A DNA stretch of 63,874 nucleotides, filler included, from Octopus bimaculoides (Eukaryota), in assembly GCF_001194135.2 (NCBI RefSeq). It is 4 parts of 4 records of this genome, joined end to end, with 100 filler letters (N's around TTAATTAATTAA, not from the genome) between each part and the next. Parts side by side here need not be neighbours in the genome. Positions count along the whole stretch, not along the records: positions 15,776 to 45,208 come from NC_068997.1; positions 45,309 to 61,324 come from NC_068995.1; 2 more parts are not named here. The stretch is one strand, 5' to 3'. Of this stretch, positions 36,861 to 51,329 are shown piece by piece. The notes under the pieces were generated by a model that searched no databases, was not told the origin of the DNA, and saw only the letters and a list, made by a program, of their open reading frames with translations. The translations under genes and the position numbers were made by a program. Numbering within the stretch: the first letter of the stretch is position 1; every line of letters starts with the position of its first letter.

Positions 36861-38132
36861 ACCCCTCACTCAAGAAAATCACCCGAACTGAGGCTTCGTT
36901 TAGTATTCGGTGATCGAAAGGGATGAATAGTACAAACTGTATTGAGGATACCGACTGGTTGCGATTGGTTGTTCCACTCCGTCGAACGATGATCATGGAT
37001 TATCTGCCGCTCACTTTTATAATTCGTCACCTGCGAAGCTTTTGTTTCCTCTCAAGGTGTCACGTTTTCACTGCAATCTAAAAGCCGTTGGCCTATATAT
37101 ATATATATGTTAGGGACGACCGTGCGAACTCATAAAAGGAGAAATGGTGACGAATGGAAAAAACAGGACTCCTTTTATTTAAACGTGTCACACGGTCGAA
37201 CATACAAATATATATCAATGAATGATATGCATAATATGTTATGCGACGATAACATAGATGACCAGTAATGAAAGACCACAACCGTATTAGATGAATAACA
37301 GAAATATTTATTGTAGCGTTAAAGATGTATGTCTGTGTGAGAGTGTGAATGCGACATATAAGAACATAATCATATATANNNNNNNNNNNNNNNNNNNNNN
37401 NNNNNNNNNNNNNNNNNNNNNNNNNNNNNNNNNNNNNNNNNNNNNNNNNNNNNNNNNNNNNNNNNNNNNNNNNNNNNNNNNNNNNNNNNNNNNNNNNNNN
37501 NNNNNNNNNNNNNNNNNNNNNNNNNNNNNNNNNNNNNNNNNNNNNNNNNNNNNNNNNNNNNNNNNNNNNNNNNNNNNNNNNNNNNNNNNNNNNNNNNNNN
37601 NNNNNNNNNNNNNNNNNNNNNNNNNNNNNNNNNNNNNNNNNNNNNNNNNNNNNNNNNNNNNNNNNNNNNNNNNNNNNNNNNNNNNNNNNNNNNNNNNNNN
37701 NNNNNNNNNNNNNNNNNNNNNNNNNNNNNNNNNNNNNNNNNNNNNNNNNNNNNNNNNNNNNNNNNNNNNNNNNNNNNNNNNNNNNNNNNNNNNNNNNNNN
37801 NNNNNNNNNNNNNNNNNNNNNNNNNNNNNNNNNNNNNNNNNNNNNNNNNNNNNNNNNNNNNNNNNNNNNNNNNNNNNNNNNNNNNNNNNNNNNNNNNNNN
37901 NNNNNNNNNNNNNNNNNNNNNNNNNNNNNNNNNNNNNNNNNNNNNNNNNNNNNNNNNNNNNNNNNNNNNNNNNNNNNNNNNNNNNNNNNNNNNNNNNNNN
38001 NNNNNNNNNNNNNNNNNNNNNNNNNNNNNNNNNNNNNNNNNNNNNNNNNNNNNNNNNNNNNNNATATATATGCATATATATGCATATACATACATATGTA
38101 TATATATATATATATATACATATATTTGTATA

Positions 38133-38165
<33 letters not shown>

Positions 38166-39714
38166 ATTATGTAACAGCAATGCAGTTCGTTGAAGTTGAG
38201 GGTCACCAATTATAACCGTTGTTGTTAAGGTGTTGGTTGCCAGTGTAACGGTTTGCATTACGATATTCGTTGTTTGCCATTTGTAAGATGAAAGAAGAAC
38301 AGTGATCGAAGTTATAAAGAAATATTTATTTACTGTTACTTTAGTATATGCTATACCACGACGGGTAGGTTAGTGTAATAGTATAACACAGTTCGCAAAG
38401 CATGCAAGTTAAAGAAAGTTAATTTCGGCCTGTATATGTGTGTACACGATCTCATAGTCGTATATATAGAGAGAGATGGCAATGTTACAGAGGAAAGAAA
38501 GTGAGTTAGTGAAAGTGAGAACGGTGGGACGAAACAACTGCTTCGTTGGTGAGTTACCATAGTTGTCCCTTTGTACCTTTTTCTTCAGAGACGGCGTTTT
38601 GTTTAGACGGTCAGTCAGACTCGATTCTCACTAACTGACTTTGGCTTACGGAGTACTTGCTTTTATAACTATCTAAAACCAGCCGGAAAGATAGATATAT
38701 TGTTGAGAACAATGAATTTCGTTAGCAGTCTTTTATCTCTATTTTAGCGTTTGATGGTTTAGAAGAGGTTAGAAGGGCCAAGTGGCAAAGACATTAACTG
38801 CTTAGCGAAGGCATCTGGCAAATGTAACTGCTGTAACTCACAGAAGAACGATTGTTTTACCGTGAAAAAAGCGCTGTTGAACTGTTAAGTGAAATTTGGC
38901 TATCGAGGATCAAATCTACGCCATGCCTGCATGAAGCCACTACAGATATATATCGCTTGGGCATTGTGAGATTAATAACCCGGTATAAAACTCAATGTAC
39001 GTATGTTTCAGAGCGAAGTATTGACTGAGTGTAGAGCAGTAATAAGAAAGAGTGATGACAAAGGAATGAGTGATTATCTTATGAACTTCATTAGCTTACA
39101 GCTGTTTCTGCTGTAAGACTCGGTGGACTCGTAATTTTTCCGACCTGGCGGTCTAATGGGACAACTCAGTCAATGTTGCTGACTGTGTTTTAGTTAAAGC
39201 TACGGCTTTAATTAAGTCTGTTTTGAGTTGCTTCTCTTCGGTATTTCTCATTGACAACGGCTAAAGAGCTAGAAACGCGTCTGGGCATCCGATAGGGCAG
39301 CACTGGACAGATAAGCTGTTTTTTACACCTTTTTATCATATGAGAGAATATTTTCTTCGCAATAACTGCTGTGAATTTGCCTTTAAAAGTTGAAATATAT
39401 TACAAACATATTTTAACTAACCTAAAGTTCGCTAATGCCTAAACACTACTTAGTGCTGATATTGCTATAAAATGGACTAAACAGAACAGGAGGAGACACA
39501 TGGGATTGAGTGGCTGAAGAGGTAATAGGTGTGTGACGAAAGATTTCCAGACAGTTGTCATAGAATAGGAACTATAATAAATGAGTGAAGACTGAATATA
39601 TAATGCGTGTGTTTATTTGGCAAGAAAAAATAATGACCGTCCCGAAATATAACAATATGTTTCATCACACGATTTCGCATCAGAAATCTTGCAAAACAAA
39701 TTCATAAACGCGCA

Positions 39715-39761
<47 letters not shown>

Positions 39762-39775
39762 ACACACACACACAC

Positions 39776-39810
<35 letters not shown>

Positions 39811-39817
39811 TGCATAC

Positions 39818-39852
<35 letters not shown>

Positions 39853-39857
39853 CCTAT

Positions 39858-40385
39858 AGCTCATCAACTTTTTCAAGTACCACTTGAAAAGGAAGGTGAA
39901 AAGAGAGAGGCAAGTTTAGTCTCATGAAAGATTCAATAAAAGATGGGTGAATGTAGCAAAGATGGTACGCGTAAATGACGAAACCACTTTGAGCATGATC
40001 CTATAAATCGAAAAGAGAAAGAGANNNNNNNNNNNNNNNNNNNNNNNNNNNNNNNNNNNNNNNNNNNNNNNNNNNNNNNNNNNNNNNNNNNNNNNNNNNN
40101 NNNNNNNNNNNNNNNNNNNNNNNNNNNNNNNNNNNNNNNNNNNNNNNNNNNNNNNNNNNNNNNNNNNNNNNNNNNNNNNNNGATAAACCTAATCTGTTTT
40201 TTTACATTTTTTTTCTCTTTTCTGTGATACACTATCTCTTTCGATCGTTTTTTTTGTTTTTTTTTACACGATCCATTTTGATCGGAAATTTATGTTCTTT
40301 TTTTCTATCTTTTTCTTTCGAAAAGAAAAGCTCTACATTGTATTTTGTCCCCTCTGTGTTCGGCCCTGTGTGGCTAATAAAGCAA
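39858..40385 (+). mobile_element. Tx1/L1-like LINE 3' end (N gap inside)
   Basis: LINFFKYHLKRKVKRERQV*SHERFNKRWVNVAKMVRVNDETTLSMIL* resembles L1/Tx1 ORF2 C-termini. The 3' UTR ends GCCCTGTGTGGCTAATAAA. Confidence 0.65.
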
Positions 40386-42219
40386 GTTATCTATTTGTCT
40401 GTCTGTCGGTTTTATAATATGTTTTGTTCGTGTGTGTTGGAATTCAATTGTAAACATATATTGCATGATCTGAAACACATGCGTTGAGTTACAAAGATCG
40501 GCAGATACCCACTCCACCGCCAGCCTTCCTCGCCACTTCACAACTGTTGTTATACAGAAGTCAGCAGACAGCAGATCCAGTAAATAATGGCATACTCTCA
40601 AAGTTTTGTGCTCTCATATTTTCAGTCTCTCTGCAACTGCTTAGAAACCAAAAATGTCATCGTATTAAACGGACCAATAAACAGGGAAGAAACTAAAACA
40701 ATACCAACCTGCTCCTCCAACCACTACACGAAAAAAGCAGTGTTTTTAGGAAATACACACAAACACACGCGTGTATATGTATCTGTACATACATAGATAT
40801 ACACGCGCGCACGTGCACGCACACACACACACATCTATGGTATACAAATAAATGATAACCCAGTGCTTGTTCATGTACAAAAGCAAAAAATTCAAAGATT
40901 TCGCACACATACACCCGCTAAAGCTCATACCTTCGTACATGACATATACGATATATGCACTATATCTATCTATCTATCTGCCTTACTCTCTAAATATATA
41001 TCTCTGTCTGTGTATATACATATACATATATATAAACATACATGCATACATATACGTACGCATAAGCACGCACTTGCACACATACATATTTACCTATAAC
41101 CGTATAAAAATATCTGTATATACATACGAAATCTATACATATATTAAAATTAAAAAAAGACAAAAATAGACAACAACACCAAAGCACATATTCTCTTTAA
41201 TTTTAACGCTATACCTTATGTGGTGAACTTCCACGTGTGTAAGTGGTACAATACTGTTAAACATCACGTGTTTGATATTGTTAAATATCACGTGTTAACC
41301 CAGAAAAAGTCCAGGTTTAATAGGACAGTGATACATGCAAGGACAGATCAAAATGTTTATTTGCAACATTAAATCAAATAAATAAATATGTAACAAGCTT
41401 TAAGTGACGCATGTTGTAGAATTACATATATATATATATATAGGAAAATGAAAAAAACCCAGAATGCTGAACTGGAAGCATATTTTAATAAAGATTTTTT
41501 CTAACCGGTTTTCATTGCGAAAAAGCAAATTATCAAGAAGAAGGAGAATGAAAATGTTTTTTTACAAAGAAGTACAAAATGAAGAAAATAATATATAAAA
41601 CAATAATATATAAAAAAAATAAATATACCCATACATTATATTGTCTTTGAGCTTTTGTAGTTCAATAGTAGTTCATGTATAAATTGGTAGGAAAAATAAT
41701 GATGCATGAGAGTTGAGAGTTTTGTTAGGTTTAAAAAAAGGGTTAAAAGCTACTTTTCATTTTCCTATTNNNNNNNNNNNNNNNNNNNNNNNNNNNNNNN
41801 NNNNNNNNNNNNNNNNNNNNNNNNNNNNNNNNNNNNNNNNNNNNNNNNNNNNNNNNNNNNNNNNNNNNNNNNNNNNNNNNNNNNNNNNNNNNNNNNNNNN
41901 NNNNNNNNNNNNNNNNNNNNNNNNNNNNNNNNNNNNNNNNNNNNNNNNNNNNNNNNNNNNNNNNNNNNNNNNNNNNNNNNNNNNNNNNNNNNNNNNNNNN
42001 NNNNNNNNNNNNNNNNNNNNNNNNNNNNNNNNNNNNNNNNNNNNNNNNNNNNNNNNNNNNNNNNNNNNNNNNNNNNNNNNNNNNNNNNNNNNNNNNNNNN
42101 NNNNNNNNNNNNNNNNNNNNNNNNNNNNNNNNNNNNNNNNNNNNNNNNNNNNNNNNNNNNNNNNNNNNNNNNNNNNNNNNNNNNNNNNNNNNNNNNNNNN
42201 NNNNNNNNNNNNNNNNNNN

Positions 42220-42255
<36 letters not shown>

Positions 42256-42496
42256 GCACACAAGGATTTACTTATCTATAGGACATGCCATATTTACATT
42301 ACACTGATTATTGACAAATATACTACATTCGGTAGCATTTAGTCAGGCAATGTACGATGTGTTGTATTAAGTCTGTATCAAATATAGGGAATGTATGTTA
42401 TGGCAATGAACTTTAATACAAGTTTCAGTTTTATTTCTTTTAAAATGCTGTCAACTTTACTGCCAGGGCTATACTCGTATATCTATCCATCCACCC

Positions 42497-42542
<46 letters not shown>

Positions 42543-42823
42543 ATACAATTGGATACATTCACACATATAACATTTCTAAGAACACATACTTATCTGTTCA
42601 CACAGAGGTTTGAGAATGTGTGCACGTGTGTACATATTTATATGCGTTTAAATATATGCGTTTGTTTATGCATGTGTTCAACAAATGACAGGAGGAAAAC
42701 ACATATTCTGAAGTGTAATATGATATCATGGAGATTGATACCGCTTGTCTATGGTTATGATGGCGGTGGCGTTGTGTGCAGAATATTGGCGGTAGTGGTG
42801 GTAACAGTGGTATGTTTAGAATG

Positions 42824-42898
<75 letters not shown>

Positions 42899-43194
42899 AT
42901 GTAAGTTTGCTTAAGCTTCAGTTATCGCTGACACGTGTTTTACCACTATCATCGCCGCCGCCGCTGCCGCTACCGTCAACACCTCCGCTACCGTGTCTCC
43001 ACNNNNNNNNNNNNNNNNNNNNNNNNNNNNNNNNNNNNNNNNNNNNNNNNNNNNNNNNNNNNNNNNNNNNNNNNNNNNNNNNNNNNNNNNNNNNNNNNNN
43101 NNNNNNNNNNNNNNNNNNNNNNNNNNNNNNNNNNNNNNNNNNNNNNNNNNNNNNNNNNNNNNGCCGTCGCCGCTGCCACTAACTAGGACGAAAT

Positions 43195-43420
43195 GGGCCT
43201 CTGCGTGGTTTCGACCTGCTAGAAATAGCGGACAAAATCTCCCTCAAAGCGCATTGCACCTTCATAAATAAGGAAAAAAAAAAAAAATATTCATCAGATA
43301 AACGTCATCAGTCCCATATAATTATTCCTCGTAAAGGTAGGATGATCACAGCTGCAACGCCTTTGATCATAGCCCGGCTCAGTCAGGAACGACCTGGGGT
43401 TAAACAATAACAACAACACT
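43195..43420 (+). mobile_element. SINE-like family H, 3' part
   Basis: TGCTAGAAATAGC...GCCTTTGATCATAG..GACCTGGGG(T/C)TAAACAA(C/T)AAC tail. Inverted copy at 44125-44555. Confidence 0.6.
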
Positions 43421-43458
43421 CCTACCGCTACTACTCTTAGCCCCTCCATCAACATCAT

Positions 43459-43503
<45 letters not shown>

Positions 43504-43568
43504 ACCTACTACTACTACTACTACACCTACTACTACTACTACTACTACACCTACTACTACTACTACAC

Positions 43569-43607
<39 letters not shown>

Positions 43608-44045
43608 TGATGTTGCCACAACCACTGTCACTTCTGCCTCAGCTAAAATATTCTAAACTTCACCGCATCTGCAGCAACTGCTACTACCATCACAGCTACA
43701 ACTGTTTTCCAACCACTGTACTACAACCGCTACCGCTACCGCTGCTACTACCACTACCGATACTATTATTGTCACTTTTAACCACTGTCTCCACTATTAG
43801 CCTCTATTGACATCGTTGCTACCCACCACCCCAATTACCTTCATCACCATCATTACTACTACTACTACTACTACTACTACTATCACCACCAGTACTACGT
43901 GACTATTATTGTCGCTGAAACTACTGTTACTACTACCACTACTACCCCCACCAATAGCACTACCTCCACCACCAGTACAACATCACTATAACTATCGTTA
44001 AAACTACTACTACTACTATTACTATTACTACTACAAGCACCTCCA
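43421..44045. repeat. (ACT)n / (ACC)n compound trinucleotide tract
   Basis: Directly visible. Continuous with the H tail. Confidence 0.9.
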
Positions 44046-44124
44046 TCGTCAGGACAGCCCCTTCCCAATGTTCCCCAAAGTTGTTACAATCACAACTATC
44101 ACACTTATTTCTAGCAAGTTGGGT

Positions 44125-44555
44125 AACCACGTAGAGGCTTTTTCATTGTCTCGTTGATTCTGAAGTTGACTCAAGGTCAAGCCTGATCGATCACCTCTTT
44201 GGTCAAAGGCATTCCAACCGTGGCCATCCCGTCTTTTGTTTTCTAATCATAGTGTATCTTATGTAGTTACAATTATCCGGCATTCCTTCGATATTGGTAC
44301 ATGACGTCATTCATCCATACGACCTTCCCTCATGACATAGATAAAGAGGCCAGGCTAAAAAAGAAAGTGAATAACGTCGTCTCCTCACACCGACGTTCTG
44401 CAGACCAATACCGAAAGAACGCCAATTATCCTTTGTGGCTTTTCTTTTTTTAAACTAGTAAGGTGTAATTTCAGGGTGATTTAGCTGCTATTTGTAGCTG
44501 CAGTGGTTGCAACAGTTCAACGTGCGACCACACAGAGCTTTCCCTAACCTACCTC
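44125..44555 (-). mobile_element. SINE-like family H
   Basis: CAAAGGCATTCCAACCGTGGCCATCC and GATTTAGCTGCTATTT are reverse complements of segments in 43195-43420. Confidence 0.55.
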
Positions 44556-44683
44556 CTGCTTTAGCTCATATACATGAAATTAAAGAATTTGGTGAAATAC
44601 CGAGTTGGTGCTTTTATAGATCAGAATATGTGATGCTGCTTATAGGACATGACGGATGAAGGTCATTGGTGAAGGACAAGTAA

Positions 44684-44838
<155 letters not shown>

Positions 44839-44954
44839 TAGGGGGTGGGGTGGAAGAATGTGGATGACAACAAAGGCAATGGTATACGGAATTGCGAAGG
44901 CAATAGAGTTATAATAAAACAAAGAAAGTAGCGTTTGGAGTCTTATAACTGACA

Positions 44955-45175
44955 GGCCTTGTTAATCGGTTTCCATGTCGTAGATCACAACGTTTGCCCC
45001 CGGATGGGACGCCAGTCCATCGCAGGGTTAACCGTTTACAGCTGTGTTGGATGCAGCAACGTGAAATGCAGTGCTTTTTGTTCAAGAGTGCAACGCGATG
45101 TCCCCAGTGTGGGAATCGAAACCATGATCATGCGATCCCGAGTGCAACGACGTAACAACTAGGTCACACGCTTTC
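44955..45175 (-). mobile_element. SINE family F (tRNA head, CORE-like segment, V-domain-like segment)
   Basis: Minus strand has GGTTTCGATTCCC and AACCCTGCGATGGACTGGCGTCCCATCC. The V-domain assignment is from recall and unverified. Confidence 0.65.
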
Positions 45176-45208
45176 AGAGTTATTGTAATTATATATATAT
45201 ATATATAT

Positions 45209-45308
45209 NNNNNNNNNNNNNNNNNNNNNNNNNNNNNNNNNNNNNNNNNNNNTTAATTAATTAANNNNNNNNNNNNNNNNNNNNNNNNNNNNNNNNNNNN
45301 NNNNNNNN
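45209..45308. other. Artificial scaffold join (44N-TTAATTAATTAA-44N)
   Basis: Linker at 45253-45264. Confidence 0.95.
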
Positions 45309-45653
45309 ATACTCTGGGATATGCCAATACACACAGATAGAGAAATTAAGGCAAATAGACCAGATATAGTTGTCAAAGATCATGAAGAAAAAAATGCTTT
45401 CTAATTGATGTATCAATACCAGCAGATGACAACGTTTCTCTAAAAGAAATGGAAAAACTTTCAAAATACAAAGACCTGGAAATAGAGATAACTCGAATGT
45501 GGAATCTAAAAACAGAAACAATCCCTATCATAGTAGGTACTTTAGGTATAATAAAAAAATATTCAGACAAATACATAACAAAAATATCAGGACTTACAAA
45601 TATATATAACATACAGAAAATTGCACTACTGGGTACTGCACACACATATATAT
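45309..45653 (+). mobile_element. R4/Dong-like LINE, restriction-like endonuclease domain
   Basis: ILWDMPIHTDREIKANRPDIVVKD..CFLIDVSIPADDNVSLKEMEKLSKYKDL..IPIIVGTLG (PD..D..K motif). One-base slip in the A run. Confidence 0.9.
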
Positions 45654-45720
45654 GTATGCATGTATATATCTGCGTAGCATAACTAATGAGTTCACTTGAT
45701 GTAAGCATAGTTCCTATACA

Positions 45721-45884
<164 letters not shown>

Positions 45885-46054
45885 TATGTATATGTATGCA
45901 TATATATATGTATGTATATATCTATGTATTGATATATATTTATATACATATGTATATATAGTAAATCCAAAAAAGAGCAAACGCAAAACATAACAATGCG
46001 AGTACGTGGTAATGTAGAGTATTAGCAGACGCTCAGGGGAGAAAAGAAATGCGG

Positions 46055-46088
46055 TTTAACGTTTCGAGGAGACGCTCTTGTTCGGTAA
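46055..46088 (-). ncRNA. Degenerate hammerhead motif, probably inactive
   Basis: Minus strand GTTA CCGAACA A GAG-CGTCTC-CTC GAA ACGT T AAAC. Stem II and GAAACGTT are intact; the core has three substitutions. Confidence 0.35.
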
Positions 46089-46378
46089 CAGAGGAAGGTC
46101 CAATGAAAGGGAAGACGGAGGAAGTAAATCGCCAACAATTCACATGTGATTACATTTTGAAAGCAGCCATATATATGTATGTATATATGTGTATATATAC
46201 ATATATATATATAGTTGCTTGCTTACAAATTTTTCCACTTAGAAAGTTAATCCATCCATTAGTTCTGCTGTTGTAACGGCATTGCTGCATTCGAAAACTA
46301 TTCACTTTCTTGTTTATCGTACAATGTGTGCATGTGCATATGTGTGTGTATGTGTGTGTGTGTGCGCGCGCGCACGTG

Positions 46379-47253
46379 CGAGGTGTATTCCTCAGTTGTT
46401 TAGACATATTTTGATAAAAACATCTATGATTGTAATTCTAGTATATCACTACTGTATAACGAAGAAACTGACCTGCCACCTTTTTTTAAATTCCAGATGG
46501 AAGCAGTCGTCCTTAATAGCATTTGGAGCACGATCTACTAGACGCTGCTTCTTGCAACAGACTAGTTTGCAGAATGCATTCAGCACTTTCGTGAGCATAT
46601 TGTGCAATTATGTTTTCTTATAAATCGGCCGAAAACACAACAAAATATCATGAAACGCTTCAGCCTCTGTTTCAGGATTATTTTTTTCGGTCACACAAGA
46701 GGTTCAAGGACAGTGGAAAGGGGGTAAGGGATGAGACGTGTGAGTGGAGTGCAACGCCACAACGCCAGAGGTGGTTGAGAAAATTCGCAATTTTCTGAAT
46801 GAAGACTGTCGTGAGTGTATAAAAGCTGGTACTCCAAAGACGCTCATAATTATTCATGAAAATCTAAACATGCACAAAACTTGTGCACAGTTCGTTTGCA
46901 TAGAGCTCAGTGACGAGTATTCTAGGAATCAACAACTTGGCAGAGCTCGATATCATAAATATCTCTCATTCTCTGTAGAGCTCAGATCTTGATGCTTGTG
47001 CCTTTCGGTTATTCCCCAAACAGAAGAAAAACCTCGAGGGCTATAATTTTGAGGATGAAAGAAGTAGTAACAAAGGACCTGGTAAGCCTTACATTAGAGG
47101 ACCTTTAAGGGACGTTCATGAACTGACTGAAGCGCTACAACAAGTGCATTTAAATGAGAGGATCCCATTTTGAAAGATGTTAAAATGCTGTATTTCTTTT
47201 GAATGTATGAATGTCTCTTCAAAAATATCTGAAAACTTCTAGAATACACCTTC
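46379..47253 (+). mobile_element. Internally deleted mariner, related to the element at 32190-33407
   Basis: TIRs GAGGTGTATTC / GAATACACCTT. Relics HKRFKDSG, TPEVVEKIRNFLNED, IHENLNMHKTCAQFV and AFRLFPK..RYNKCI..GSHFE. Confidence 0.82.
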
Positions 47254-48153
47254 TCTATATATTCATGGTGAATGAAAAGAAACTGAAATGGATGAAGCTA
47301 TAACGACAAAAATTACTTTTCTAACGTAGCCTGGAGATATAAATTGGAATTGTATTGACAACGATCATTGTACGTATATAACGCATAGATGATAGTATAT
47401 GAAGCGTTTATAAATCAACAACTGGGTATTTATACACTATTATAAATCACGGCTCTTTATTCATGTATTTAACTGCGATCAGCTGTTTTGGCCAACATTT
47501 AAATATAAACTCTCATGAATTTCTATCTAAATTTCTCTTTTGATTTTTGTTTCTGCAATTACATCTTTATACTTAATTCTTTCTACGCCTAATTTCCTGA
47601 GACTTCTCCCTATCTCTCTCCTCTATATTTCTCTTCTCTACTTCTGCTTCTCTCAGTATTCACTGCAAAGAATTGTTAAAATTTACCGTGCAGGAAAAAG
47701 AGAACCATAAAATATATGACTGGTTCTGCTTTCTATAACAAGTAAATGAAGAGTAAATTGCTTATATAAATTTATCCAATATTTCAGTTGATTATTATAA
47801 GTTGTCTCTTAGTCACTGTATATATTCCTCGTTAATCTCCCAATATTTTTCATATTTTTTATTATTTATTTATTTATTTAATTATTTAGTGAATATATAA
47901 ATATTGATCAATTAATACAAAATTTTAAAAGCTCTATACCTACAAGCTTCGTTTCGGACAAAAATGTTCATGATATATATTAACCAGCAATTTGATTTCA
48001 ATAATAACTCCAGTTCTGTTAAAAAGCACTTATATAAAATTATGAATAATGACTTTAAATTGGTTCAGATTCAATCGTTCTTATTGTATACATGTATGCA
48101 CATGCCATGTGGTTATTGATTATATATTGATTATATACATATGTATATATATA

Positions 48154-48197
<44 letters not shown>

Positions 48198-48212
48198 GAT
48201 AATATACATACG

Positions 48213-48252
<40 letters not shown>

Positions 48253-48284
48253 CACACACACGAACACATATGTATGTATGTATG

Positions 48285-48318
<34 letters not shown>

Positions 48319-49000
48319 CGTATGTGTGTGTAACCTGTGTGTGACTTTAAACTGCTCCCGGCTTCTGAGCATACATCCCCTAACAACTATTGTTACCATG
48401 TGTGGCCTAACTCAGTAAAATAGCAATTCCCTGGAACACAGATATGGTTGAACTAGCGTACATCATGGCAGTCACTCTGAGTGCACTGACGCTAAAATAC
48501 CATTGACTGGTGTCATGGTACGCAGTATAACCTCCAAGCTGTTGTTACAGCAGCCTTACGGGGAGGGACACACTCATGCATAATCTGTGCGATTAACGGT
48601 CATCTCGATGCAGCCTGCCACTGAGTCGAAATCACGGAGGTCAGTGAGGGGTAGTTGCGTTGTACATGTTTCAGTACGTTTCAATAACCTAGACATCTCT
48701 CTGTATGATGATCTTATACGTCTTACCAAGTAAGGAAAGTCGTGTGCCAATGGAAAAGTGGTGACATGTGCAGATCTAACCAGTTGGAAGTGTGCAGTAC
48801 ATTATAACTTTCATCTGTCTCCTATACAACAAAACAAGGAGATCAACTGCAGTACTGAAAAGTCATGTCGGAACTCATACAGTAGGAGTCAGAAATGCTT
48901 TTGACAACGACGAAACACAAGGAGACAGCAATCATCAGTCGATGTGTCAAGATGGCGCCATCAGCATGTATTTGTGTGCATATATGTATATATGTATGTG

Positions 49001-49035
<35 letters not shown>

Positions 49036-49295
49036 NNNNNNNNNNNNNNNNNNNNNNNNNNNNNNNNNNNNNNNNNNNNNNNNNNNNNNNNNNNNNNNNN
49101 NNNNNNNNNNNNNNNNNNNNNNNNNNNNNNNNNNNNNNNNNNNNNNNNNNNNNNNNNNNNNNNNNNNNNNNNNNNNNNNNNNNNNNNNNNNNNNNNNNNN
49201 NNNNNNNNNNNNNNNNNNNNNNNNNNNNNNNNNNNNNNNNNNNNNNNNNNNNNNNNNNNNNNNNNNNNNNNNNNNNNNNNNNNNNNNNNNNNNNN

Positions 49296-49336
<41 letters not shown>

Positions 49337-50194
49337 GAGATTAAACACATACACATACGCATGTGTTTTGTGTGAGTTTGTGTGTGCATGTATGATGCAT
49401 GTATGTATGTATGTATGTATGTATGTATGTATGTATACACACACGGATACGTACATGTATATTATAGGTATAATGTAAAGGAAGGAGGCGTTATTGTGAA
49501 AATATGAAAGTATATTGAACAAAATTTTATAACAAAAAAAAGATAAAAGATGATCGTAAGACTGCTTTCCGTCGTATTTAGTAGAAAGAATTCCATCACT
49601 CCCGTGACCTCGTAACTTAGGCAATATGTACCGCGCAAACTTCTGTTATATGAATTATAAATGTTACACATTCTCACATGAAAGAAAGTAGTACTTTAAG
49701 TGCGTGAACAAAAATAAGCAAAGATAAATGCAAACCTTCATGAATAATGCCTTTTAAATGTAAATGGTGTCATTGATGTCGGCTTTATACAAACGTCTAT
49801 TTCTGACTTATGTTTATAAATACCTCAACATAACAGAAAATATGTGTTACTAATAACCTGCCTAGTGGCAGAAATCACAGATGGCGAAATGGAGATATAT
49901 TTTATTCATATCTCGCTCATCAATCTTGGATTCAAAGGACTGCATGACCTTTCGGGATATATTGCTTTCGATGGCAGAGTTAATTGTGTCTGTAGGGATT
50001 CTTTTTGTTCTGATATGTAGGCATACATATTGACGTATATGATATAAACATATACACATATAAACATAGAGAAAAATATACATAAAAGCAGTGTTGTACC
50101 TTTTCACATATCTGTTCGGTTCATATATGCGTGTGTATACATGTATATACCAATACGCACACACTCAGTGGCACGCTCATGCATAAATATGCAT

Positions 50195-50293
<99 letters not shown>

Positions 50294-51023
50294 TATATAT
50301 ATATATATATATATTAATGGCAAAGTCATCTTATAGTTGGTTTTACTTTAAACCTTGAAAATTCAATTATGACATGTAGTGCACCTGATCCACGTTAACT
50401 TTACTAAAATTCTATTTCACAGCCTTGTTTGTAGTGCCCAAAATACCCCCTGGTACTATGTAATATGAATAAGCAAAAGCATTGCAAAAGATCTTAATTT
50501 ATTTAATAATTCGTGCTAGGTTCTTACAAACTCATAAACTGTAAATAAGCGTGACATTATATTAAATTTTGACACTGTTCAACTTTGCACCTATTGCAAA
50601 AATATGATATAATAAAATTGTATAATTTATATGTCTAATATGTTGAAACACACGACAACTTATAAAAATTCACCTAAAAATATTGTTCTACGAATTTCAA
50701 ATATCATAAGCGATCAAAATTGATTCAGCCACGCAGCGTCGATACTCAAGCACGATGGTTTTAAGGGTTAGATAAATTACTTTACAATTAACAACACCCC
50801 TAAGCAAAAAAAAAAAGAGAAAGAATAGAGGGAATAGTAACTATTAGTAACACTTTCAAGCTAATTGTGAAAAATTGCAAATTTTCAATACAAAGAGGGT
50901 GTGAGCATTATAACTCTAACAGTGAATACATTTAAGCTTAAATATGGCCAACACATAAATTTACGAAATCTACTAACACATATATTTCTTATCGTTCCTC
51001 GTCGATTTGCATACACACACACA

Positions 51024-51064
<41 letters not shown>

Positions 51065-51329
51065 ATGTATGTATGTATGTATGTATGTATGTATGTATGT
51101 ATGTATGTATGTATGTACGTACGTATGTATGTATGTATGTATGTATGTGTGTGTGTGTGTGTGTGTTTTCGCGTGTCCATATGTATATATTGTCTTTCTA
51201 TATTTTATTTTATTTATGTATTTCTGAATTTTATGGGGCTCCTTAGCGTGGAGAGGGCAGAGCGCGTGATATAACCTCATTTAAAAACAGTCAGTAACAA
51301 GCAGCTTGCTACCATCTCAGATAATACAG

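Noticed and set aside
43373-43810. Thr/Pro-rich reading (TTTTTP)n as a mucin exon
   Set aside because: It starts inside a SINE tail, shifts frame into Leu/Tyr readings, and lacks a good donor.
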